A stretch of DNA of 63,610 bases, counting the filler, from Piptocephalis cylindrospora (taxonomy: Eukaryota), in assembly GCA_003614145.1 (NCBI GenBank). It is 3 parts of 3 records of this genome, joined end to end, with 100 filler letters (N's around TTAATTAATTAA, not from the genome) between each part and the next. Parts side by side here need not be neighbours in the genome. Positions count along the whole stretch, not along the records: positions 21,289 to 42,456 come from KZ987809.1; positions 42,557 to 63,610 come from KZ987810.1; 1 more part is not named here. One strand, given 5' to 3'. The translations under genes were made by a program, and so were the position numbers. Position 1 is the first letter of the stretch; every line of letters begins with the position of its first letter. Under the pieces are notes generated by a model that was not told the DNA's origin, ran no database searches, and saw only the letters and a program-made list of their open reading frames with translations. This document shows positions 36,284-46,672 of this stretch, one piece after another.

Positions 36284-37522
36284 ATGCATCTCTCTCGACA
36301 AATCCCTGGACTCGTGGCAATTCTAGGCCTTGGTACTCTAATTTCCTCGATCCTTCCCTCTGTTAATGCCCAGTGCGGTCAGATGCACGTGCGCAAGGAA
36401 GTGCGTGAGATGTCTCCCAGTGAATTTAGAAACTTTATCGATGCGATTCAGGAACTCAAATCCGGGACCAGCCCCACGAGATACGACCGGTATGCCCAGC
36501 TTCACCTCCGGTACCAAAGAGACATTCATGGAAATCCCCACTTTTTCCCCTGGCATCGCCAGTTCACCCTGGATTTGGAAAGGGATCTACAGAGGATCAA
36601 TCCCTCCGTAACTGTTCCTTACTGGGACTGGAGCTTAGACGCCGCTAATCCCGCTGATAGTCCCGTCCTCCAGGAGGACATGATGGGAGGTAATTCTTTT
36701 GGACAATGTCTCGAAAGTGGCCCCTTTGCCGGGTGGCAGAGGCCCTATCCTTCTACAGGATGTCTTCGTCGCCGGTATTCCCAGGGATCCAGAATTGGGG
36801 CCTTCGCTAACCCTAGCATTATTAATGTTATGACTGTTCGGAGCACCGAGTATGATGAGTTCCGTCGGTCCATCGAGATCGGTCCTCATGCTGGACCTCA
36901 TAATGGCATTGGAGCTGATATGGCCGGGATGCAATCGCCGGCCGATCCTCTTTTCTTCCTTCATCACTCCTTTATCGACAAGATCTGGCATGATTGGCAG
37001 AGGACACGTCCTCAAAACATGTACAAGTTTGATGGAACCTACCAAGGTCGTCAGGTCAGCGCCGATGATGACATTGTATTCTACCCGGGTCGCCGCGTGC
37101 GTGATGTGATGGACATCAGTCAGCTTTGCTACCAATACTCAGGATCTGCCACTGGTGCACCATCTGCTGCCCAGACGGATGAGCAGGAGGATGCTGATTT
37201 GGTGCGTCGTGCTCTTCTCCGTCGGGCGGAGAAGCCAGAAGGAAGCAAGTCGGGCATCCTCCTGAAGCTCGGTGCTGTCACTTCAGAAATCTCCAAGCGT
37301 CTCACCAAAGTCATGGACCTGACCCAGGATGAGGTCAAGAGCCTTGCTCAGGACCTCAGCCACGAAATGGTCAACCCTGCTCCTATTCCCGAGGCCTACT
37401 GCCGAATGAATAATTATGACATTAGCGAGGTCCGTGCACAGGAGGCAGCCGTCGGGCAGGTGATTGACAGTGTGAATGAGGTCTTTCGGAATCTTTCCCC
37501 TAAGAGCCACAGCGCTTACTAG
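36284..37522 (+). CDS. Secreted tyrosinase-like type III di-copper protein (paralog 2), intronless
   Basis: Signal peptide and RKEVREM. CuA: H...IHGNPHFFPWHR. CuB: HAGPH...DPLFFLHHSFIDKIW. TATA-like TATATAA near 36072. Confidence 0.92.
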   Translation: MHLSRQIPGLVAILGLGTLISSILPSVNAQCGQMHVRKEVREMSPSEFRNFIDAIQELKSGTSPTRYDRYAQLHLRYQRDIHGNPHFFPWHRQFTLDLERDLQRINPSVTVPYWDWSLDAANPADSPVLQEDMMGGNSFGQCLESGPFAGWQRPYPSTGCLRRRYSQGSRIGAFANPSIINVMTVRSTEYDEFRRSIEIGPHAGPHNGIGADMAGMQSPADPLFFLHHSFIDKIWHDWQRTRPQNMYKFDGTYQGRQVSADDDIVFYPGRRVRDVMDISQLCYQYSGSATGAPSAAQTDEQEDADLVRRALLRRAEKPEGSKSGILLKLGAVTSEISKRLTKVMDLTQDEVKSLAQDLSHEMVNPAPIPEAYCRMNNYDISEVRAQEAAVGQVIDSVNEVFRNLSPKSHSAY

Positions 37523-37833
37523 GAGAATGGGCGATATTGAGGATATCACGTAGCCGGATGATCCGTCAACGCCCATCATTTCCTGGGCCCCCTCAGGGAG
37601 TACGTCTCCTCTGATCATGCGGATTCCCGCAATGAGCCATGATCTGTTGGACCCTTCCCCTTTTTCAATACATCAACTATTCATACACGGATGAAGAACA
37701 TGACTGAGAGCTCCAGTAGTATTATTTGCCGTGAGGTTCATAGCGATTTTGGTACTATGGAGCCCAGGTCAATGTGGGCGATTGCCTAAGTAAGCGATGT
37801 GAGTCATCTCCGACGCAGTGCCATTGGACAAGG

Positions 37834-37877
37834 ACGCGTGTTCGATGATGGGCAAAGGTCAACACGATGAGACGCGT
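37834..37877. promoter_or_regulatory. Two ACGCGT (MCB-like) elements
   Basis: Exact ACGCGT at 37834-37839 and 37872-37877, about 210-250 bp upstream of the ATG at 38084. Confidence 0.4.
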
Positions 37878-38083
37878 TCTAGGTATTGGAAAGGGCAATC
37901 TACCAAGTTTACTTGCTTCAACTATCCTCTTGCCTTCTTCATTTATCCTCTTACCTTCATCTATCCTCTTGCCCTCTTCTCCCTTTCCTATTTACCCCTT
38001 CTTATCTCCCGTGCTCCAGTCTCGGAAACTCAGCACTCCCTTAGGCATATTTACCACTTTATCCATAGTGACTACTCGCTGGC

Positions 38084-39817
38084 ATGGCGACATTTGAGGA
38101 GACGGGTCAGGAGGGAACACTTCATCCCCGTCACCATCCCCCTACTCCTGTTAAGCGCACAAACAAGCGTTCCAGGGTAGGCCATGCAGAGGATGTGGAT
38201 GTGGCTGGGATCTCCTTGACCTCCTTGCAGGTGACCGACGAAGCCGATGAAGTCATACTCACAATGGAGGAGGAAAATAGAACAGGTCAATCCAAGGAAA
38301 AGAGGCCCTTCGAAAGGCCTCAAAAGGAGACGAACACCAAAACACCGGCAAGAGTCAGAGTGCCTTCTATCTTACGGGATCCAGACGCCGAAGATATGTT
38401 CTTTGATGTAACCAACGATACCAGTTTTCCTTCTCCTATCCTACCATCGCCGTCTCAAGGGTCATCACATGTAAGTAAATTTAATTATTTTTCTCTTTGA
38501 AGTGACATGAATGAAAAGTAAGCTTGGGGTAATTTAGGAGGAGATGCTCAGCCCTCTTTATTCTTCCTGAATTATAGCATTATCGGGAGCGAACGTCAAA
38601 GAATGGGGTGGGCCCCAGACCAACATCACGAATACTTGAAGACGTCCCCAGAGAAAGATCATTTGTCGATCTTACCAATGACTTTTCCTCCTCTGAGGAG
38701 ATTGAAGAATCTAATCAGGGTGAGCCCTATGGGAAACGCTCGCACCCTCCCCCCATATCCTCTCCAGGGCATCCCCCCCCCGCACCCACAAGGCTTCTTC
38801 GACAAGTATCGGGGATGGAGGAAGTCTTCTCCCCAGTTGCCTCCTCCCGGCATCGAACCATTTCCCTGAGTAGAGAAAGCTCACCAGAATCTCTTGAAAA
38901 TCATCATATGATGGCTTCCTCTAAACATCAGCATGGGTGGGAAGCGGCGAAAAGACAATTAGAGAATGAGGTGGGTATCCTTTAGGAAAATCCCTTGAGG
39001 TTATTTCCACCTTTTCTAATGCTCACCTTTGTTCGAAATTATATACTAAACCCTCTCCATCCTCATACCAGCACTCCATCATGCGAGATCAATATCTTGG
39101 AGAGATCAATCAGCTCAACAAGAGACTTTCTCAAGAGGTTAAAGCCCGGGAGGCAGCGCAACGATTGATGGAGGAATTTGAGGAAACCATGGAAAAGATG
39201 CTAGGTATATCTTAATTTGATGAGCTGGGAACATTCATCTATGTTACTTATCTTTTAACTTCTCCCTCGCTTCAGTGGATGTCAGAGCCGGAGAGGAAAA
39301 TTTGAGGATAAAGGAACAAGAGGCCAAGGAAGAGAGAAAGCGGATACATCAGTACGTTGGCAAGGTAGAACGGGCATTTAAGGAGCTTCGGGAGAGATAC
39401 GACCTTCGGAAGGCTGAAAATGCCAAACTTTTATGGGTAAATCGCTATTGGCTAGATTTTAGGGGAGGCACTACCCTCAGTCACTCCACCGAGTACTTAC
39501 ACCACCATTCAATTCCCATTAACGTCCCTACCCGTGATGTTTAGGAGAGGGATGAGGCAGTTGATGCTCTTAACTCCTATCAGAAATCTTCTGGGGGTTC
39601 TTTGGCCCCCTTGGCTCCTTCACGGACGAAATTTGGAGGCGAGATTAGTAGGGCTGCATCCAATGGTCCACCTAAGCATCGATGGAACGAAAATCTGGGT
39701 GAAGGGGAAGATTCCGGGACCAAGTCACAGTATACATGGGCCAGTAGAAAGCGACACAGGGTATCTGACCAAGAGGAGGAGGAGGATGTTAAAGGAGAAA
39801 GTAACCCATTCGCATAG
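38084..39817 (+). CDS. Disordered and coiled-coil protein with a partial TACC-like domain, multi-exon
   Basis: Spliced segments MEEFEETMEKML and VGKVERAFKELRERYD resemble the start of the TACC C-terminal coiled coil (from memory). GT-AG introns join the ORFs. Confidence 0.55.
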
Positions 39818-42456
39818 ATGATGTCCGTCATCATTCATTCAAATTCACTTTGTCTTGCCCCATTCCACGCTTTATCCATACCCAATTAGAATATTTGCAT
39901 ATATCCTTAATAATATCCAATTCATTGAAAAGGAGGAAATGGTTATCCCAAGGTTTATAGAATAGTGCTATCCCTAAACAAAGCAGCTAGAACCATATAT
40001 AGTGTGTGTGAATGACTTTTTGGTCATCCATTTTAGGGGGTCATCTTGTCTTTAATAATAACACTATCCATGGGACATGATGCAGCCCTTCTCCTAGTAC
40101 ATACTGTTTCAATTTAGGAATAGCTGAAGCTAAAGTCAGTGATAAATTAATGGTCGCTCGGTAATAGATCTACCCTTTTAGATAACCCCCCAAACCCGTA
40201 TGGTCTCCCTGGTCCGTAACCGCGCCACTCACGCGCTTTTGTTGAGGCAAACACTCAAAAATTTGATTGTCATAATGCTGAACAACACCTCATGTAAATT
40301 ACAATACCAATAGCTTGAGCCGCTGCTGGATAACCCCTCGAAGTAACTTAGATCAATCAATTGCAATATTGTTTCTTATAGAACCTTTTTGGAGTATATT
40401 CTATTCATGAAAACAAAATACAAATTTTTACGGAAACTGCAAGGGAAAGGGACAAGAAAAAAAGAGAAAGGGATAAAAGGTCAGGTGCCATCTCTCGGCT
40501 TTCCTCTTCAGATTCCAACACACTCGATCCCCATTGATGGCTGTCAGAGTAGAGCGCTCATGCCAAAAAACTATCCTTACTGACATTCTACGTTTGATCC
40601 CATGCTCGATCTCTCCACACCCTCGTACATGCACTCATCTCTTGTCAGTCATTTGGAGAGGAGCCTCGGGAACAGCCTTAGGGGGTTTGTATATCCCTGC
40701 ACGCTTGATGATTCATTCAAAAGGAATGAGTCAAGCTAGATAATGTTTATATCCTTATGGGGCAACTGGCGCCCACACATCGGAAGAGCTCGCTCTTCTG
40801 GAGGATATGATGTGAAGACGGGTATGAATGTGGGGTGTGTAGGTGTATTTGCAAGGAAACACCAGATAGATAGCTTAGAACGCGCATATAGAATTGATCT
40901 GAGCCAGGAGTGCTCTGATCACAGATACATACTTGAGAAAGCTTATCCTAGAGACGCAATAACCAGGGACAGATCTAGAAAAGTATTTAAAGCAATAGGG
41001 CAAAGGATACACCCGCTCTGAGGCTCGTCCTTTCGTTTCTCTCTTCCCTTTTTTCACCTTGATCTTCCCCTGGCTCGCGTTTTTGTTTGATTCTTGATTC
41101 ACTTGGTTGAATCATTTAGGTTACCATAGCCTTAATAATAATAGGTTGGGAATCCCCGTCTCAAATCCAGCCCTTGTAGGATTGGACTCTGATCTCTCGG
41201 TTCATGAGGAATCCTCATCACACCCCTTTCCCCTTCCACAGATATTACACTCACATATTTAGCACAGCGACCTCGGGCTCATGCCACCATCAAAGATAGA
41301 GACAACCTTGTAACTATTGGTTACCTAAACAATATAAACATCAATATGTGCTTCAAAGTATATGTCCATGAACAGAAGCGTTGTAGGGGGTTTCAAGTTA
41401 CAAAAGTGAGAAGTGATATGATAGAGGGATGAAGAGTTTAGAATGAGGTCACCTGGTGGTAAGCCCAGGTCGAACCCCTTTAGACGAGAGCTGTCATTAA
41501 AGAGGACTGTGTTCGCTTCGTGTCGCGTTGTGTCGGATGAAAAGAGTATTATCGTGCTTTCTGCTGTAGAGAGTGATCAGAAGACCAGCCAAATTCTGAG
41601 AATGCTAAGGACCCAAGTTTCGAGAGACATTATATCTGCTCATAGATTCCCTTTCGGCTTCTCTTGGGTCGTATCATCTGTTACTTAGCTTTAGTATTGG
41701 TACCTCAGATTCGCTATGGCTACAATGTTACTACACATTGCGCCATCACCTACGCTCAAGCTCGTTCATAGAAAATCAATTTACCCTGTCAGAATCACAT
41801 ACTATAGCATCCATTAGACGGTCATAATTTTTACACTGGTTCGGCCTAGGCATTTCCAGAAAAGTAAAATACTCCGAGGCCAGCTCCTTTGGGGAAGCGG
41901 AAATGTATACAAGATATGGTTGCTACGGAGCGACGTTGGGCCAAAGATTGCATCCTACACCTTACATGTAGTTCTCGCCGATTCGACACGCGCTCTCCGG
42001 GTGATCAACAAAAAAGTGAGCGACCAAGGGACATTTGAGCAGATGGCAAAAGGGGATGTGAATATGCATTCTTCATTCAAACCCCATGACACAAACCCAT
42101 CCCATTTTCCCTCTGAGCATAGGATAACCCATATGTCATCCTTGGTACCGCCTACTTCTTCACCAAGAGAGCCAAGGCTCCAATCCGGCATGGGCCATAT
42201 CGCATTTCCCGCCCCTGAACCTGCACCCCAGTCAAAAGTAATAGAAATTGGGATCATACGCATCCCTAGTCACATATTTTGCTAACACGCCCCTCTTCAC
42301 TGTAGCCGTATATCTCTTGCAGGGGACAGAGCTGATCTTACATGTGGGTACCATGGGTCATATTGGTCTACCCCATATATGCTCCCACGCTATGTGACAG
42401 CCATCCTCTTTAGATCAAACAAAAACAAGCATATATATACCAGACTTCTCCCTCTT

Positions 42457-42556
42457 NNNNNNNNNNNNNNNNNNNNNNNNNNNNNNNNNNNNNNNNNNNN
42501 TTAATTAATTAANNNNNNNNNNNNNNNNNNNNNNNNNNNNNNNNNNNNNNNNNNNN
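42457..42556. other. Assembly gap with artificial TTAATTAATTAA linker
   Basis: 100-nt N block with the linker at 42501-42512. Confidence 0.95.
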
Positions 42557-43134
42557 TCTTTGGCCTCTTTGACATGACAGTCCATTCAGCCGAGACAGCC
42601 AAGGTAGACACCACGGCCCTTTGGTCAGAGCTCCGGGAAAAGGTTACGCTTTTCCCCACTGTAGCCGGCAGCTTTCCTGCCGCTTCCTTTGGCCATATTA
42701 TGGGCGGATGTAAGTTGAACATTTTACTCTTACATGGGATAGCTCCCTGTCATGTACACAAGATGATAACATTCATCCCACATGCTTCTTTTGCCTTTAG
42801 ATGATGCTGGATACTATGGATACCTCTGGTCCGAGGTGTTTAGCGCTGACATGTTCTTTTCCAGATTTGACAAGGAAGGGGTCATGAACCCCAAGTGTGG
42901 TAGGTCTTACCGTCACTTGATCCTTCAGCCCGGTGGCAGTCGGTAAGTATTTTAACAGAAAGGAAAGGAGCGTGATATATTAAATTTGACTCACTCCCTT
43001 TCCTGTGATTAATGCGGGGCTAAACCACTTTTTGGACATATTTTAGGGATGGAATGGATATGCTCAAGGATTTCCTTGGAAGAGAGCCCACTCTCGATGC
43101 CTTCCTCAAATCCATCGGCCTGACCAAGGCTTGA
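42557..43134 (+). CDS. M3A metallopeptidase (thimet oligopeptidase/saccharolysin), C-terminal fragment
   Basis: [45 protein letters not shown] and FLGREP...AFLKSIG. The 5' part falls in the gap. Confidence 0.9.
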
Positions 43135-43614
43135 TTTTTCATGATGATATGCTGTCTCCTCTTTGAAGGAGAGAAGTGTGATGAAAATGGGGATGGCAGG
43201 GAATGAGGATAAGAAATATATCATGATATGATGATAGTAAGCCTATAGAGTATTGGGCTGCTGAGAAATGAGAGAGAGAGAGTAGGGTCCATACCCTCCC
43301 CTATGACACAAAGCGCCATTGAGGAGGTCTTGTGAGTGCGCCAAGGTTACCTTCTCCTGCCCATGCATTAACGTCCATTGACCCCTGATTTCAATCTTTA
43401 AAGGGGAGATCTGAGGCTGTTCTAATCTGGAAGGAAATAAGGGGGAGATTGAGTAATGGCAGGCGTCTGAACGTGGTCCATCCTCTGGTTCTCCCCTCCT
43501 CATCTCTTTACTCTTTACTCTTGATTCTTTATTTTTCTGTGTATTTTCCTCATCCTCCATTGATACCTGCAACCGGTTTAACTCTATCCATATAGAAGCC
43601 CATATTCCTATTCT

Positions 43615-44234
43615 ATGAGTGATCGTCTCCCAAAAAAGTGCATTGTCCTGGCTAGCGCGGCTCAGAAGCAGGGTCCGGGGTCCCCGCCCATCTCCCACTT
43701 GACCCTCCCCACCTTTCAAAGTAAGCGGGCTGTTGTAGGAACTGGGAGGGAGTTTTGATGGATGTACTGCCTATACGCCCACTTACTCTTGGAGTATGTA
43801 TCGGATAATATGTAGGCTTTGTTCAGTCCACTGCCGATCTCCTCTTTCCCCCGCCAACTGAAAAAGCGTTCAGGCCCCTACCTCCCCTCGCTGACTTGGC
43901 CACCATCCTGAACATCCCTTTGGATGCCATTATGCATGCCTTGGCCTTGATCCTTCGGCTACGCACTTTAACCCACGCAATCCCCCTTTCCTTAGCCTCG
44001 GCGCCCATCCTCCTACCTGCGTTGGTTGTTGGGATAAAGGTTCGGGGGGGTAAGTTGGATCTAGAGAAGTGGTCAGCATTTCTCCATGTACCCCTCCGCA
44101 CCCTCCTTGAACTTGAGGTGACCCTCATGTCCATTCTCGGCGAAAGCCTGGAGGTATCGGCCAAAGAGTGGGATGCATTAGTCAGTGAATGTGACGACTG
44201 GGTTCCCGGAGTGGCTGTTCTGTTGACCATATAA
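43615..44234 (+). CDS. Divergent cyclin-fold protein (Pho80/Pcl-like)
   Basis: ALVVGIK...LEKWSAFLHVPLRTLLELEVTLMSILGESLEVS fits cyclin-box helices 3-5. Proposed intron 43721-43815. Confidence 0.5.
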
Positions 44235-45112
44235 ACCTCGGTGAACAGTAGAGAGAAAATGTATTATTTTTATTGCATATGATCAACTGTACGATGCGAA
44301 AGTCATAACAGACCGTACCTGCGGCAGACAAGGGAATAGAATAACCAGCCGTGACTTGATGTTGAGAGCCTAGAAAGAGGATCAACAACCATCGGGATGT
44401 GATTGAACGCGTCACATCACCATCTTGTATAGATCGCGCTATTCTTGCGCGATAAGCGGAATCGACCATGGCCTTCAGTCTTTGTGCCAAGGAGACCTGA
44501 GGCTGAGCATTCATCACTGCCTCAGTCATAGATTACACGCCATCTCATCTCCTGTAGCGTGCTTGGAATATCGTGTTTAAAGGTACCACGAGGAAGCCGA
44601 GATGAGAAGGAAAGATTGAGTCTAAAATCCTGGCCAATCTTTTACTAGACACCGGATATCCAACGACATCGCCCATCTTGGCCCACATCATTTTGCCTGT
44701 CTCACAAAATCTGGAAGCACCGTCCATTCTGGCCAATCTCCTGATTTGGACCAGAGTAGCGAACCTTGTTTCCTCCTTGCGATTGGAGCATCTCTGATGC
44801 GGACCATCCTTGAAAGACCAAATAAAACTCCGACGCATAGATATGAACCATATCTCTGCAAGGACAGGAGATATCTAGATTCACACCCCTCCAGATGCTC
44901 AGAAGATCATCCATTGGATCATGGATCTTTCAAGCTAGGCTCTCTTGAAAAATCATGTTTAAAAATAAAGTGTCCTTGCGGATTGATTAGGGTATCCCCT
45001 CTCATATCCCTCACTCTATCACTCCTTGACTCACTCACTCCACTTGTTCTTCAGGACAAGCCTTATTCCTCCCTTCTCAACGCTCCTAATGACCATATTT
45101 CCTACAATCCTT

Positions 45113-46384
45113 ATGCAACCCACCACATTCTCCACGGGTCTAATCCTTCTCACAGCGACCCTCCTGTCCTCTACCCTAGCCATGGATTTGAGGGCAAACG
45201 TGAAGAGCATCCCAGCCAGCTTTACTCAAGACAATATTCCTCTGGACCTTAAGACCATTCTTGAGGAGGGCGAGACACCAAGTTTCGCACAGCCAAATGA
45301 CCCTTCTAAGTCAAAGCAACGATCACGGGCCTACTCTCTCCCTTCATGGAAAAACAAGGTCACCGTTAATTCGAAAAAAGATCGAAGCTATCAGCAAATT
45401 TTCCGGATAATTGCTCCTTATTACGACACGATCAAGTTCCTCCAGGGCGGTATTGGGCTATGCCTCAGCATCCCCTATGTTCATCGCGCCAGGTGCATCC
45501 GTATCCTGAATTTTCACGTTCGACACCTAGTCAGTCAAGGTGGAAAGTCTATACATGGCGGTAGTCCATCCCTCCCCACTGTCTCCCCCTCTTCCCTGAC
45601 CTCCTCCATCTCAAGCTTTTACCGGAATAATCGTCTAGCCAGTTCGGCTCTCTCTTTCAAGTCCTCATCCTCCCAGAAACTTGAGGATGTGGATGTATAT
45701 AAAAGCGAGCTCTACCTCCTAGAAGAGGACGGCAGCGAGGACTCATATCTTCGAAGGATACACCGTTACCACAATAAAGTCCCTATCAAGGTGGGCTCGA
45801 TCCTATCCTTGTTTGCTGGGTCACGCCTCACAGAGGATCTTTCCTCCTCGTCCTCCTCAGCCGTCTCCTCCAGCAACCAGAGCGGGAGTTTATCCTTCAT
45901 GGGGGTTAAAATTCCCTTTGCGAGAAAGAGTGGTGGTAGTAGCAGTAGCGGTTCCTCCTTCCCATCGTCATCCCCTTCTCCTCGTACCCGCCCACACACT
46001 TCCCCATCGGCCTATATTCATGATGGAATCATGTCTCAGAGAAACACGATCGAGAATTTGATTCACGCAGCGGTGGATTCCACCAGAATGCACAACTCTT
46101 TCAGCATCCTCATGAACCACCTCTCTGAGACTAAGGATGATTCCATTCCCAACAGACTCTGGATCGAAATTGCCCAGGACCTTCGGAACATCGTGAATAT
46201 CTTCCAGGAAGTGATCTTACACATTATCTCTCAGCAATACTCGAGCGTACATTCTCCGATCGTCCATGGACTCAAGGAGAAAATCAAGAAAAATGAAGAT
46301 AGGTCAGACAGGCTGATTCACTTGGCTATCGATCCCTCCATGTACCGCAAGCTCTGGAGGACTCACAATTCACCCCCCACTTGA
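45113..46384 (+). CDS. Hypothetical secreted Ser-rich protein, no recognised domain
   Basis: Uninterrupted ORF of about 420 aa with signal-like MQPTTFSTGLILLTATLLSSTLA. Confidence 0.65.
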   Translation: MQPTTFSTGLILLTATLLSSTLAMDLRANVKSIPASFTQDNIPLDLKTILEEGETPSFAQPNDPSKSKQRSRAYSLPSWKNKVTVNSKKDRSYQQIFRIIAPYYDTIKFLQGGIGLCLSIPYVHRARCIRILNFHVRHLVSQGGKSIHGGSPSLPTVSPSSLTSSISSFYRNNRLASSALSFKSSSSQKLEDVDVYKSELYLLEEDGSEDSYLRRIHRYHNKVPIKVGSILSLFAGSRLTEDLSSSSSSAVSSSNQSGSLSFMGVKIPFARKSGGSSSSGSSFPSSSPSPRTRPHTSPSAYIHDGIMSQRNTIENLIHAAVDSTRMHNSFSILMNHLSETKDDSIPNRLWIEIAQDLRNIVNIFQEVILHIISQQYSSVHSPIVHGLKEKIKKNEDRSDRLIHLAIDPSMYRKLWRTHNSPPT

Positions 46385-46672
46385 TTCTGCTATTCTACCT
46401 ACTGATGTTATCATCAGCAACAATAAGGCAGCGCGTGGCAAAAATATGTTAATAGGCCTATTACTACACATTGTCCCTGATCATTTAATCTAGACAAATC
46501 ACTATCATTACGTTTTCATGAATAAACTCATCCATTTCCTTTGCATTTCATTCGCTTCGTTTCTCGTTGGAAGCTAAACAAGAAGATGATGACTAATCCA
46601 AAAGTAATTCCATGTTTTTCTTGTCATCTTCCCCCCATACCATGCCCTAGCCCTCGACTAATCCATGCGCAT

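Noticed and set aside
38975..38983. GTATCCTTT, the U12-type 5' splice consensus
   Set aside because: Using it puts the next exon out of frame. The GTGGGT donor 4 nt upstream keeps the frame.
44182..44914. Minus-strand ORFs of 70-115 aa
   Set aside because: They have no recognisable motif or convincing splice model.
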